From assembly GCA_038245905.1 (NCBI GenBank), contig JBBRRY010000001.1:282951-346950 (forward strand): a DNA stretch of 64,000 nucleotides, read 5' to 3'. Below, piece after piece: positions 52,201 to 59,885 of this stretch; position 1 is the first letter of the stretch, and each line of letters opens with the position of its first letter. Made by a program: the position numbers and the translations under genes. The DNA comes from Thermoanaerobaculia bacterium (GTDB lineage Bacteria; Acidobacteriota; Thermoanaerobaculia; UBA5066). A model generated the notes under the pieces. That model searched no databases. It saw nothing but the letters and a program-made list of their open reading frames with translations, and was not told the origin of the DNA.

Positions 52201-52434
52201 ATGGCGGCGCTGATGGGCACGCTGCCAATCGCGCTCGGCCTCGGCGCCGGCGCCCAATCGCGGCGCCCTCTCGGCCTCGCGGTCGTCGGCGGTCTGCTGT
52301 TCTCACAGATGATCACGCTCTACGTCACACCGGTCTTCTACGTCACCATGGACCGGCTCGGCGCGCGGATCGGGCGCAAGAAGCACGCCGCCGCGGTGAG
52401 CGCGATCGACTCACCGGCCCCTGCAGGCGGCTGA
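49300..52434 (+). CDS. RND efflux permease (MdtB/MdtC-like)
   Basis: FIRRPVATTL, GFVVDDAIVVLENI, GLVKKNGIMMVDFA, RFRPIMMTT. Confidence 0.96.
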   Translation: MNISEIFIRRPVATTLIMLAILFFGIVGYRLLPVSDLPSVDFPTIQVTAALPGASPETMAAAVATPLERQFTTIAGLDSMNSASILGVTQISLQFNLSRSLDAAAQDVQAAIGAASRQLPPGMPSPPTYQKVNPADQPVLYIALTGPTLTLSALDEYAETLIAQRISTVSGVAQVQVFGAQKFAVRVQLDPHALASRGIGIDEAAAAVAGANVNLPTGTLWGANTAFTVLATGQLNEASAYGPLIVAYRNGSPVRVKDIGRAIDSVENDKTASWFYTKSGASRAIILAIQKQPGENTVEVVSNIRKLIPVFESQLPGSARLNVIYDRSQSIRESVADVKFTLWLTLALVVLVIFLFLRNLSATVIPSLALPLSIAGTFAAMYVLGYSMDNLSLMALTLSVGFVVDDAIVVLENIVRHIEMGEDPFEAALKGTKEIGFTIVTMTLSLTAVFIPLLFMGGIVGRLFREFAVTIAVAILVSGFVSLSLTPMLCARYLRGHDAAKKHGRIYLASESVFDASLRFYERGLRWVLSHQRATVVFSGVVLAGTAALFVVIPKGFLPSDDIGQIFAPTKAAQGISFESMVEHQKKLAAIVNEDPDIETFMSSAGNRGNNASGGNTGTLFMKLKPRGERHSTVDQIIQRLRPKLLQVPGILAFPQNPPPIRLGGQLTQAQYQFTMQASDTKDLYSRAPEMEKKMRGVRGLTDIVSDLQLANPTAYLTIDRDRAASLGISPEKIETALYTAYGSRQVSTIFSPNNEYQVIMELLPQFQRDPSALQALYVRGLKGDLVPLAAVTRFEQTVGPLAVNHAGQLPSVTVSFNLQPGIALGDAVTEINRIARETLPASVTTVFQGTAQAFQDSQKGLGLLLLIAILVIYGVLGILYEDFLHPITILSALPFAGFGALITLLLFKTELSIYAFVGVILLVGLVKKNGIMMVDFAVEARRAGKSAPDAIYEACVVRFRPIMMTTMAALMGTLPIALGLGAGAQSRRPLGLAVVGGLLFSQMITLYVTPVFYVTMDRLGARIGRKKHAAAVSAIDSPAPAGG

Positions 52435-52438
52435 GCTC

Positions 52439-53503
52439 ATGGCCCTCCTCTTCGAGCCCCTCCGCCTTCGCGGCGTCGCTTTCCAGAACCGGATCTTCGT
52501 GTCGCCGATGTGCATGTATTCCGCCGAGGACGGCGTGCCGAACGACTGGCATCTCGTGCATCTCGGCAGCCGCGCGGTGGGCGGGGCCGCGCTCGTCATG
52601 GCCGAGGCGACGGGCGTCTCGCCCGAGGGCCGGATCTCGCCCGGCGACACGGGACTCTGGAACGGCCTGCAGGTGGACGCGTTCCGACGGATCACCCGGT
52701 TCGTGACCGCCCGCGGTGCCGTGCCCGGTCTCCAGCTCGCGCACGCGGGGCGCAAAGCCTCGACGCACGTGCCCTGGAAGGGCGGGCGCGCGCTCGCGAC
52801 GGGAGAGGGCGCCTGGACGACCTTGGGGCCGAGCCCGGTCCCGTTCGACGCCGGATCTCCGCCCCCAAGGGAGATGTCGCTCCTCGACATGGACCGCGTG
52901 ACGGGCGAGTTCGCCTCCGCCGCGCTTCGCGCCGACGACGCGGGCTTCCGCGTCGTCGAGGTGCATGCCGCGCACGGCTATCTGCTTCACGAGTTCCTGT
53001 CGCCGCTCTCGAACAGGCGCACGGACGCGTGCGGGGGCTCGCTCGAGAACCGGATGCGCTTCCCGCTGCGTGTCGTCCGCGCCGTGCGCGAAGCGTTTCC
53101 CGAAGGTCGGCCCGTACTCGTGCGCATCTCGGCGACGGACTGGGCCGACGGCGGCTGGGACCTCGCCCAGTCGATCGAATTTTCGAAGCGCCTGAAGGCG
53201 GAGGGCGTGGACCTCGTCGACTGCTCAAGCGGCGGCCTCGTCCCCTATGCGAAGGTCGCGGTGGGACCGGGCTATCAGGTCCCCTTCGCCGAGGCGATCC
53301 GCCGGGACGCCGGGATCCCGACCGCGGCCGTCGGGATGATCACGGAACCGAAGCAGGCCGAGGCGATTCTTCAGGCCGGACAGGCCGACGTCATCGTGAT
53401 GGCGCGCGCGTTCCTGCGCGATCCCTACTGGCCGCTCCACGCCGCGAAGGAGCTGGGCGCGGACGTCGACTGGCCGATGCCATACGGCCGCGCGAAGGCG
53501 TGA
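52439..53503 (+). CDS. NADH:flavin oxidoreductase, Old Yellow Enzyme (YqjM/NamA-like)
   Basis: SPMCMYS, QLAHAGRKAS, HAAHGYLLHEFLSP, LRDPYWP. Confidence 0.94.
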   Translation: MALLFEPLRLRGVAFQNRIFVSPMCMYSAEDGVPNDWHLVHLGSRAVGGAALVMAEATGVSPEGRISPGDTGLWNGLQVDAFRRITRFVTARGAVPGLQLAHAGRKASTHVPWKGGRALATGEGAWTTLGPSPVPFDAGSPPPREMSLLDMDRVTGEFASAALRADDAGFRVVEVHAAHGYLLHEFLSPLSNRRTDACGGSLENRMRFPLRVVRAVREAFPEGRPVLVRISATDWADGGWDLAQSIEFSKRLKAEGVDLVDCSSGGLVPYAKVAVGPGYQVPFAEAIRRDAGIPTAAVGMITEPKQAEAILQAGQADVIVMARAFLRDPYWPLHAAKELGADVDWPMPYGRAKA

Positions 53504-53525
53504 GCGTGGGACTCCCGGCTGGCTC

Positions 53526-54956
53526 CTACGAGGCGACTTCGAGCAGCCGCGCGACGACGTCCGCGGCGCCGTAGGACTCCGCGCCGGGCTGCATGAAGCG
53601 TGCGACGTCGGAGACGTCGTCGCCCGAGGTGACGAGCGTCTTCTCGCCGATCCCCCCGGCCCGCGTCTGTCCGATCCCGATGTCCGCCATGAGCGCGTTG
53701 CAGAGGCACTTGCGTCCCCGCGCGTTCTCTTCCGTGCCGCCCTTCTTGAGGTATTGGGCGACAGGCTCGGACGCGCAGCGGTACCCGGTCGTGCCGTCTT
53801 CCTTGCGGAACGGCTCGCGGAGGTATCCGAGGTCGCAGATGCGCGTCCTCTTGAGGTACTCGACTTCGTCCGACATTGTGCCCTCGAGCTGGACGACCTT
53901 GAACGGGAACCCTGTGGGCGAAGCGATGGGATCCGTGAAGACGCGCGCCCCACCGGAGGCCGCGAGGCGAAGGACGCGCCCCTTCGTCGCGACGTCCAGC
54001 CCGGACTCCGCGCAGTAGGCGAACGCCGTGCCAACCTGAATGCCCGCGGCCCCGTTCGCGAGCGCGTCGCGCAGGCCCTCGGCCGTGCCGCGCCCGCCCG
54101 CCAGCCAGAACGGGAGGCCGAGCTCGAGCATCTTCGCGAGGTCCACGGCGTCGCGCTCTCCGTACACGGGCTCGCCCGCCGCCGAGAGGGGCGGCTTGCC
54201 GCGCGGCGGCGCGTTGTGTCCGCCCGCCGTGGGACCTTCGATGATGAAGCCGTCGACGCGCCCGTTCGCCTTGCGCACGAGCGTGATCGCGAGCGTGTTC
54301 GACGCGATGATCGCGTAGAAAGCAGGCCTCGCGAGCGGAGCCGGCGCGCCCTCGAAGTAGTCGGATGGGGAGAACCGCATCATCGTGTCCTCACCCGCGA
54401 GAGAGCCTGTCACGCTCAGCGGATACTCCGCCGGCCCATGGAGGACGAAGGCGTCGAGGATGCCCGGAACGCGGATCGGGATGCCGGCGCCAATGAGGAC
54501 GGCCGTCACGCCCGCGAGCATCGCCCCGTAAACCGAAGGCAAGATCGGCAGCTGGATCTTCTCGAGATAGTTGATCCCGACGGGGCCGTCGTGCCCCTCG
54601 CGCGCGAGAAAGACCTCCACGAAGTTCGCGACGATGCAGAGCTCGATCAGCTCGCGCGCGGAGCCTGTCCGCGCGTACATCGGGATCGCCCGGTAAGGCG
54701 TGCCCTCGTCCCGCCCTCCCTCGACGAAATGGCGCGCGAGAACGCGCCCCGCCATCTCCCGGAAGGGGAAGCGGGCGATCGCGCGGCGCATGTGTCCGCC
54801 CGCGTCACCGTCCTGCAGCCGCCTCGAGACGATCACGTCGATCGCGGTCCCCGAGACGACACCGAGCTGCCCGAGGCGCGACACGGCGTTCGCGAGCGTC
54901 CAGTTCGAGACGCCGGCGCCCATTCCGCCCTGGATGATCTTCGGCAATACCGGCAC
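53526..54956 (-). CDS. Nitronate monooxygenase/FabK-like flavoprotein with a Cys-rich C-terminus
   Basis: IIQGGMG, EGPTAGGH, GIQVGTAF, SPTGFPFK; start uncertain (GTG 54956 chosen). Confidence 0.85.
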   Translation of the reverse strand: MPVLPKIIQGGMGAGVSNWTLANAVSRLGQLGVVSGTAIDVIVSRRLQDGDAGGHMRRAIARFPFREMAGRVLARHFVEGGRDEGTPYRAIPMYARTGSARELIELCIVANFVEVFLAREGHDGPVGINYLEKIQLPILPSVYGAMLAGVTAVLIGAGIPIRVPGILDAFVLHGPAEYPLSVTGSLAGEDTMMRFSPSDYFEGAPAPLARPAFYAIIASNTLAITLVRKANGRVDGFIIEGPTAGGHNAPPRGKPPLSAAGEPVYGERDAVDLAKMLELGLPFWLAGGRGTAEGLRDALANGAAGIQVGTAFAYCAESGLDVATKGRVLRLAASGGARVFTDPIASPTGFPFKVVQLEGTMSDEVEYLKRTRICDLGYLREPFRKEDGTTGYRCASEPVAQYLKKGGTEENARGRKCLCNALMADIGIGQTRAGGIGEKTLVTSGDDVSDVARFMQPGAESYGAADVVARLLEVAS

Positions 54957-55016
54957 AAGGTCTTTCCGGCCAAAGAATCGGCCAGCGTCAGGATATACCG
55001 GCTTCCGGGCGCCCAA

Positions 55017-55085
55017 TGACGCAATGAGTTGACGCAATGCGTAATCTACCTTATATTGTCCGCGGGGATCCCGCCCAGCGGAGGT
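55017..55085 (+). promoter_or_regulatory. Sigma70-type promoter with tandem direct repeat and SD
   Basis: TTGACG 55029-55034, 17-bp spacer, TATATT 55052-55057; TGACGCAATG at 55017-55026 and 55030-55039; GGAGGT 55080-55085. Confidence 0.7.
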
Positions 55086-55090
55086 GACCA

Positions 55091-55309
55091 GTGAACCGAA
55101 CGCCGAATCCAGCCCCGAGCCTCAAAAAATCGAGGCCGGTCGCTCCGGCCCCGTCCGGCAACCACACGTGTCTCCAATGTCCCGCCTGCGGCAGCGAAGC
55201 CTGCCGCACGATGCAGGATCTCGGGATGTACTGCGACACCGCCCTTGCCGCATGGGAATCCATGCGGGTCGAAAAGCACCCGAAGAAGAAACCCCCGAAC
55301 GCCGCCTGA
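55091..55309 (+). CDS. Small Cys-rich protein (72 aa)
   Basis: Own promoter and SD; CLQCPACGSEAC...YC; fills the gap between two minus-strand genes. Confidence 0.7.
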   Translation: MNRTPNPAPSLKKSRPVAPAPSGNHTCLQCPACGSEACRTMQDLGMYCDTALAAWESMRVEKHPKKKPPNAA

Positions 55310-55324
55310 CCGGACGGCCCGGGT

Positions 55325-57217
55325 TCAGCCCAGGAAGAGCGTGACGAGCCGGTTCGCGACGAATGCACCGGAGTAGGCGAGAAGGCCCATGTACGCGAAC
55401 TGGATGGCCGGCCACCTCCAGCCGCCCGTCTCGCGTCGCACGACCGCCACCGTCGAGAGGCACTGCATCGCGAACGCGAAGAAGACGAGGAGCGCGACCG
55501 CTCCGCCCGGCGTGAGGTCGTGCCGGAGCGCGGCCTGGAGACCCTCGCTGCCGGCCTTCGGGTCCATGCCGTAGAGCGTGCCGAGCGTTCCGACGATGAC
55601 CTCGCGAGCCGCGAGAGACATCACGATCCCGATGCCGATCCGCCAGTCGAATCCGAGCGGCCTCACGAATGGCTCGATCGCGCGGCCGATCGTGCCGGCC
55701 ACGCTGTTCGCGATCTCGGGCATCTTCCCTCCCGAGAGCGGGAGGTGCGCGAGGATCCAGAGCACGACCGCGACGCCGAGAATCACCGTGCCGGCGCGGC
55801 GAAGAAAGATTTTCGCGCGGTCGTACATCCTCAGGCTGATCTGGCGGAGCGTGGGGCGCCGGTAAGGCGGCATCTCGAGCAGGAACGGCGCCCCGTCGCT
55901 CTTCAGGACCGACGATTTCAGAAGGCGTGCCGTCCCGAAAGCGGCGAGAAAGCCGAGGAGATAGAGGCCGAGCATCGCCGCCGCGCGCGTGCCGAGAAAC
56001 GGCCCCAGAATCGGCCGCTCCGGAATGAAGGCCGCGATGATGAGCGTGTAGACGGGCAGACGCGCCGAGCACGTCATGAAAGGCGCGATGAGAATCGTCG
56101 CGATTCGATCCCGCTTGTTCTCGATCGTCCGGGCCGCGAGAACCGCGGGCACGGCACAGGCGTAGGCGGAAAGGAGAGGCAGGAACGACTTTCCCTGCAG
56201 GCCCGCCTTCCGCATCGTCCGGTCGGCGATCAGGGCGGCGCGGGCGAGATACCCCGAGTCCTCGAGAATGCCGATGAAGAGGAAGAGCAGCAGGATCTGC
56301 GGAAGGAACACGACGACGGAACCAACGCCGCCCCACACCCCTTCGATGAGGAGCGACTTGAGCAAGGAGGCGGGCAGAACCGCCGAGAGCCAGGAGCCCG
56401 AGGCCGATACGGCGTGGTCCACGGCGTCCATGAGAGGCCGCGCCGCCGAGAAGATCGTCTGGAACACCGCGACCACGACGGCGAAAAAAATGAGCGGTCC
56501 CGCGACGGGGTGCAGGAAGACGGCGTCCAGCCGGCGCGTCCAGAGAGGGGGCGCGGGCGCGGCGTAGCCCGCCCTGTCGCCGACGCCGACGGCCCACTGG
56601 CGGCACTTCGGGATGTCGGCGAGCGTGGGCAGGTCGAGCGCGCGCGGTACGCCGACGGCGCCGTTGAGGAAGTCGAGGACCGTCTGGATGCCCTCACCCT
56701 TCGCCGCGCTCACGAGGGCGACGGGCGCGCCGAGCTGCTCGGCGAGCGCCGTGGGGTCGACGGAGCCGCCGCGGGACTCGAGCTCGTCGGCCATGTTCAG
56801 GACGACGAGCGTGGGCAGGCCCAGAGCGAGGATGGGCGCCGCGAGGACGAGGTGGCGCTTCAGGTTGGTCGAGTCGAGGATCAGGAGGATCGCGTCGGGC
56901 TTCCTCTGCCCCGCCATCTCTCCCGCGAGGACGTCGCGCGTCACGCGTTCGTCCTCCGAGCGGGGGGTCAGGCTGTAGACGCCCGGCAGGTCGATCAGGA
57001 CGACTTCGGTATCGCCGTCGAGCCGCGCGCGGCCGCGCCGCTCCTCGACCGTGACGCCCGGGTAGTTCGCGACCTTCTGGCGGAGCCCGGTGAGCCGGTT
57101 GAACAGCGTCGACTTCCCGGAGTTCGGCGGGCCCACGAGGCCGACAAGCCGAGGGTGTCGGCGGACGGGAAGAGCGGCGACCGGGCAGCCGTCACAGGAC
57201 GTGTGGAATGCGCTCAC
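55325..57217 (-). CDS. feoB: Ferrous iron transporter FeoB
   Basis: GTG 57217 overlaps the feoA stop; GPPNSGKS, NYPGVTVE, DLPG, NMAD, PFMTCSARLPVY. Confidence 0.96.
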   Translation of the reverse strand: MSAFHTSCDGCPVAALPVRRHPRLVGLVGPPNSGKSTLFNRLTGLRQKVANYPGVTVEERRGRARLDGDTEVVLIDLPGVYSLTPRSEDERVTRDVLAGEMAGQRKPDAILLILDSTNLKRHLVLAAPILALGLPTLVVLNMADELESRGGSVDPTALAEQLGAPVALVSAAKGEGIQTVLDFLNGAVGVPRALDLPTLADIPKCRQWAVGVGDRAGYAAPAPPLWTRRLDAVFLHPVAGPLIFFAVVVAVFQTIFSAARPLMDAVDHAVSASGSWLSAVLPASLLKSLLIEGVWGGVGSVVVFLPQILLLFLFIGILEDSGYLARAALIADRTMRKAGLQGKSFLPLLSAYACAVPAVLAARTIENKRDRIATILIAPFMTCSARLPVYTLIIAAFIPERPILGPFLGTRAAAMLGLYLLGFLAAFGTARLLKSSVLKSDGAPFLLEMPPYRRPTLRQISLRMYDRAKIFLRRAGTVILGVAVVLWILAHLPLSGGKMPEIANSVAGTIGRAIEPFVRPLGFDWRIGIGIVMSLAAREVIVGTLGTLYGMDPKAGSEGLQAALRHDLTPGGAVALLVFFAFAMQCLSTVAVVRRETGGWRWPAIQFAYMGLLAYSGAFVANRLVTLFLG

Positions 57218-57513
57218 CGCCGTTCCTCCGCCGCGCGGACGACCGAGGAGGCGTCGAGCCGAATGTGCTTCGCCGTCTCGCCGCGCAGTGCGAACTCGGT
57301 CCCCTCCACCCGATAGACGCGCGGATCGCCCCCCGGGGCGCTCCGGGCCGCCACGATCACGCTGCCCGGCAGGAACCCGAGCTCCATGAGACGCTGAGCG
57401 TCGCCTTCGGGCAGGTCGATCGAGGAAAGCACGCCCGATTCGCCGATCTCGAGATCGTCGAGGTTCGCAGGGCTCCGCAGGGCGGCAGGGGCAGCTCTGA
57501 GACTGAGTCGCAT
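57214..57513 (-). CDS. feoA: FeoA family protein
   Basis: RLMELGFLPG...APGGDP...ALR; directly upstream of feoB. Confidence 0.92.
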   Translation of the reverse strand: MRLSLRAAPAALRSPANLDDLEIGESGVLSSIDLPEGDAQRLMELGFLPGSVIVAARSAPGGDPRVYRVEGTEFALRGETAKHIRLDASSVVRAAEERR

Positions 57514-57526
57514 CGTCAAGAGTATA
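57498..57526 (-). promoter_or_regulatory. feoAB -10 element and Fur-box-like 7-1-7 palindrome
   Basis: TATACT (57526-57521) lies 7 nt before ATG 57513; TGAGACT-G-AGTCGCA (57498-57512) covers the first codons. Confidence 0.55.
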
Positions 57527-57616
57527 CCCCCAACCGGACCGGTCCTGTCGATGATGCGGATGTCTCATCCGGTAGTGCGTGGTTCCATCGGACGACGTTG
57601 AAATAGGATCCTCCCC

Positions 57617-58054
57617 ATGGCTGGCGTCGGGCTCTCTATCCTCGTGCCCGTGGACTTCTCGCCCACCTCCCTGAAGGCGCTGCGGGAAGCCAGACGGCTG
57701 GCGGACCGAATGGGCGCGTCGCTCACGCTCCTCCACGTCCGGCCGATCTCGGACGTCCGCGCCGCCATCGCCGAAGGGCGGGACGACCTCCTCAAAGGGC
57801 CGTCGCGCGCGCTTGCCTCCGCGATGAAGAGCCACTACGCCGTCCGTCTCGCAGGGCTCGTCGCGCGCTCGGGGGCGCTCGAGACGCGCCTCGTTTCCGG
57901 CCGCGCGAGCCGTGAGATCCTGCGCGCCGCGAAGGGCTTCGACCTCGTCGTCATGGGCCGCACGGGCCGCGGCGGGCTCTCCGGCCTCCTCGGCGGCACG
58001 ACCCAGAAGGTGCTCGCCGCCTGCACCCTCCCCGTCGCCGTCGTCCCGGCCTGA
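57617..58054 (+). CDS. Universal stress protein
   Basis: ILVPVDFS, LTLLHV, DLVVMGRTG...LLGGTTQKVL...PVAVV. Confidence 0.92.
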   Translation: MAGVGLSILVPVDFSPTSLKALREARRLADRMGASLTLLHVRPISDVRAAIAEGRDDLLKGPSRALASAMKSHYAVRLAGLVARSGALETRLVSGRASREILRAAKGFDLVVMGRTGRGGLSGLLGGTTQKVLAACTLPVAVVPA

Positions 58055-58117
58055 GCCCGAGAGAAGCCCCGGACCGCCGTTGAGAACCCGTCGCGCCGAG
58101 AGGCGTAGAATTGACCT

Positions 58118-59044
58118 ATGGCACTTCGACCGAACGGCACGGCCACGATCTCCTTCGGCCTCGTTTCGATCCCGGTGAACCTGTTTTCGGCCAGCGAGTC
58201 GAAGGCGGCAATCTCTTTCAACATGCTTCACGACGAGGACCACGCCCGAGTAAAACAGCAGCTCGTGTGCAGCAAGGACGGCGAGGTCGTCGAGCGCGAC
58301 CGCATCGTCAAGGGCTACGAGTTCGAGAAGGGCCAGTACGTGGTCTTCACGCCGGCCGAGCTGAAGGCCCTCGAAGAGCAGGCGAACCAGGTCATGGAGA
58401 TCATGGAGTTCGTCCCGCTCGCGAAGATCGACCCCGTCTATTTCGACAAGGGCTACTACCTGTCGCCGGGCAAGGGCGGCGACAAGGCGTACGGCCTCCT
58501 CGCGAAGGCGATGACCGATACGGGCCGTTGCGGCCTCGCGAAGTACGCGGCGCGCGGCAAGCAGTACCTCGTGGTCGTGCGTCCCGTGACCGGCCACGAG
58601 GGCGGGCTCATGATGCAGCAGCTGAACTACGCGGACGAAGTCCGCTCCTTCGCCGACGTCGGCGTTCCCGAGGTTGCCGTGAAGGACGCCGAGCTGAAGC
58701 TCGCGATCATGCTCACGGACCAGATCGCGACCGACGAGTTCCACCCCGAGAACTACAAGGACGAGGTCAAGGAGCGCGTCGAGGGCCTGATCCGCAGGAA
58801 GATCGACGGGCAGGAAATCTCCGAGTCGGCGCCCGAGGCGCCACGGACGCAGGTCATCGACCTGATGGAGGCCCTCAAGGCGAGCCTCGCGGCGCGCGGC
58901 GGCCGAAAGGGCGCTTCGAAACCCGAGATGGCCTCACGTGCCGCGAAGCCCGAGCGCAAGCCCGCGGCGCGCGCGGATGCGGGCGAAGCGAGGCCCCGGG
59001 CCCTCCGTGCCGTGAGCAACGGGAAGAAGGCGTCTCGGGGCTGA
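58118..59044 (+). CDS. ku: Prokaryotic Ku (NHEJ DNA end-binding protein)
   Basis: ISFGLVSIPV, IVKGYE, YFDKGYYL, VIDLMEALKASL, basic C-terminal tail. Confidence 0.95.
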   Translation: MALRPNGTATISFGLVSIPVNLFSASESKAAISFNMLHDEDHARVKQQLVCSKDGEVVERDRIVKGYEFEKGQYVVFTPAELKALEEQANQVMEIMEFVPLAKIDPVYFDKGYYLSPGKGGDKAYGLLAKAMTDTGRCGLAKYAARGKQYLVVVRPVTGHEGGLMMQQLNYADEVRSFADVGVPEVAVKDAELKLAIMLTDQIATDEFHPENYKDEVKERVEGLIRRKIDGQEISESAPEAPRTQVIDLMEALKASLAARGGRKGASKPEMASRAAKPERKPAARADAGEARPRALRAVSNGKKASRG

Positions 59045-59054
59045 AGGCCTCACC

Positions 59055-59885
59055 ATGCCGCATGCAAACGGCTACGCCGCGCGCGACGCCGCCGCGATGC
59101 TGGGAGTTTCTCTCGCGCGCGTGAAGGCCTGGGCGGAATGGATGGACCTCGAGGTCTCCCCCGCCCTGCGCTTCGGCTTCCAGGATCTCGTCCTCCTCCG
59201 CACGGCGAAAGGGCTTTCGGAGGCGCACGTTCCGGCTGCCACGGTGCGGCGGGCGCTGAAGAAGCTTCGCGGCCAGCTTCCCGAGGGCCGGCCGCTCACG
59301 GGTGTCCGCATCGCCGCCGACGGCAGGCGCGTCGTCGTGCAGGACGGCGCAGCAGCCTGGAATCCGGAGTCCGGGCAGACGCTCTTCGACTTCGCGGTCG
59401 CCGACATCGCGACGGCCGCCGCCCCGCTCGCGAAGCGGGCGGCCGAGGAGGCGCGGCAGGACGGAGAACGGCTGAGCGCCGAGGACTGGTATCGCCTCGG
59501 CTGCGACGTGGAGGCGTCCTCACCCGCCGATGCGCGCGACGCGTACCGCCGGGCCGTCGAGCTGGAGCCGCATCACGCCGACGCGCACGTAAACCTCGGC
59601 CGCCTCCTCCACGAAGAAGGAAAGACCGGCGCGGCCGAGGTGCACTACCGGATCGCCCTCACGTCGAAGCCGAAGCACGCGGCAGCGGCGTTCAATCTCG
59701 GCGTCGTGCTGGAGGATCGCGGCCACCTCGAGGAGGCTGTCGGCGCTTACGAGCGCGCGCTCGCGTCCGACGCCGGCTTCGCCGACGCCCACTACAACCT
59801 CGGGCTCCTGTATGAGAAGCTCGGAAAGGGCTCAGCCGCCATCCGGCACCTCTCGGCCTACAAGAAGGCCGTAGACGGGCGCTGA
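59055..59885 (+). CDS. MerR-like HTH + TPR protein
   Basis: N-terminus Y..RDAAAMLG...FGFQDLVLLRTAKGL, linker WNPESGQTLFDF, four TPRs; 10 nt after ku. Confidence 0.85.
   Translation: MPHANGYAARDAAAMLGVSLARVKAWAEWMDLEVSPALRFGFQDLVLLRTAKGLSEAHVPAATVRRALKKLRGQLPEGRPLTGVRIAADGRRVVVQDGAAAWNPESGQTLFDFAVADIATAAAPLAKRAAEEARQDGERLSAEDWYRLGCDVEASSPADARDAYRRAVELEPHHADAHVNLGRLLHEEGKTGAAEVHYRIALTSKPKHAAAAFNLGVVLEDRGHLEEAVGAYERALASDAGFADAHYNLGLLYEKLGKGSAAIRHLSAYKKAVDGR

Noticed and set aside
13582-58744. Long N-terminal extensions in the ORF track (13582-16299, 55325-58744, 8048-10147, 9049-11526, 24211-26910, 46709-49294)
   Set aside because: The extensions overlap other well-supported genes; real starts were placed at internal codons with stop/start overlaps or promoter signals.
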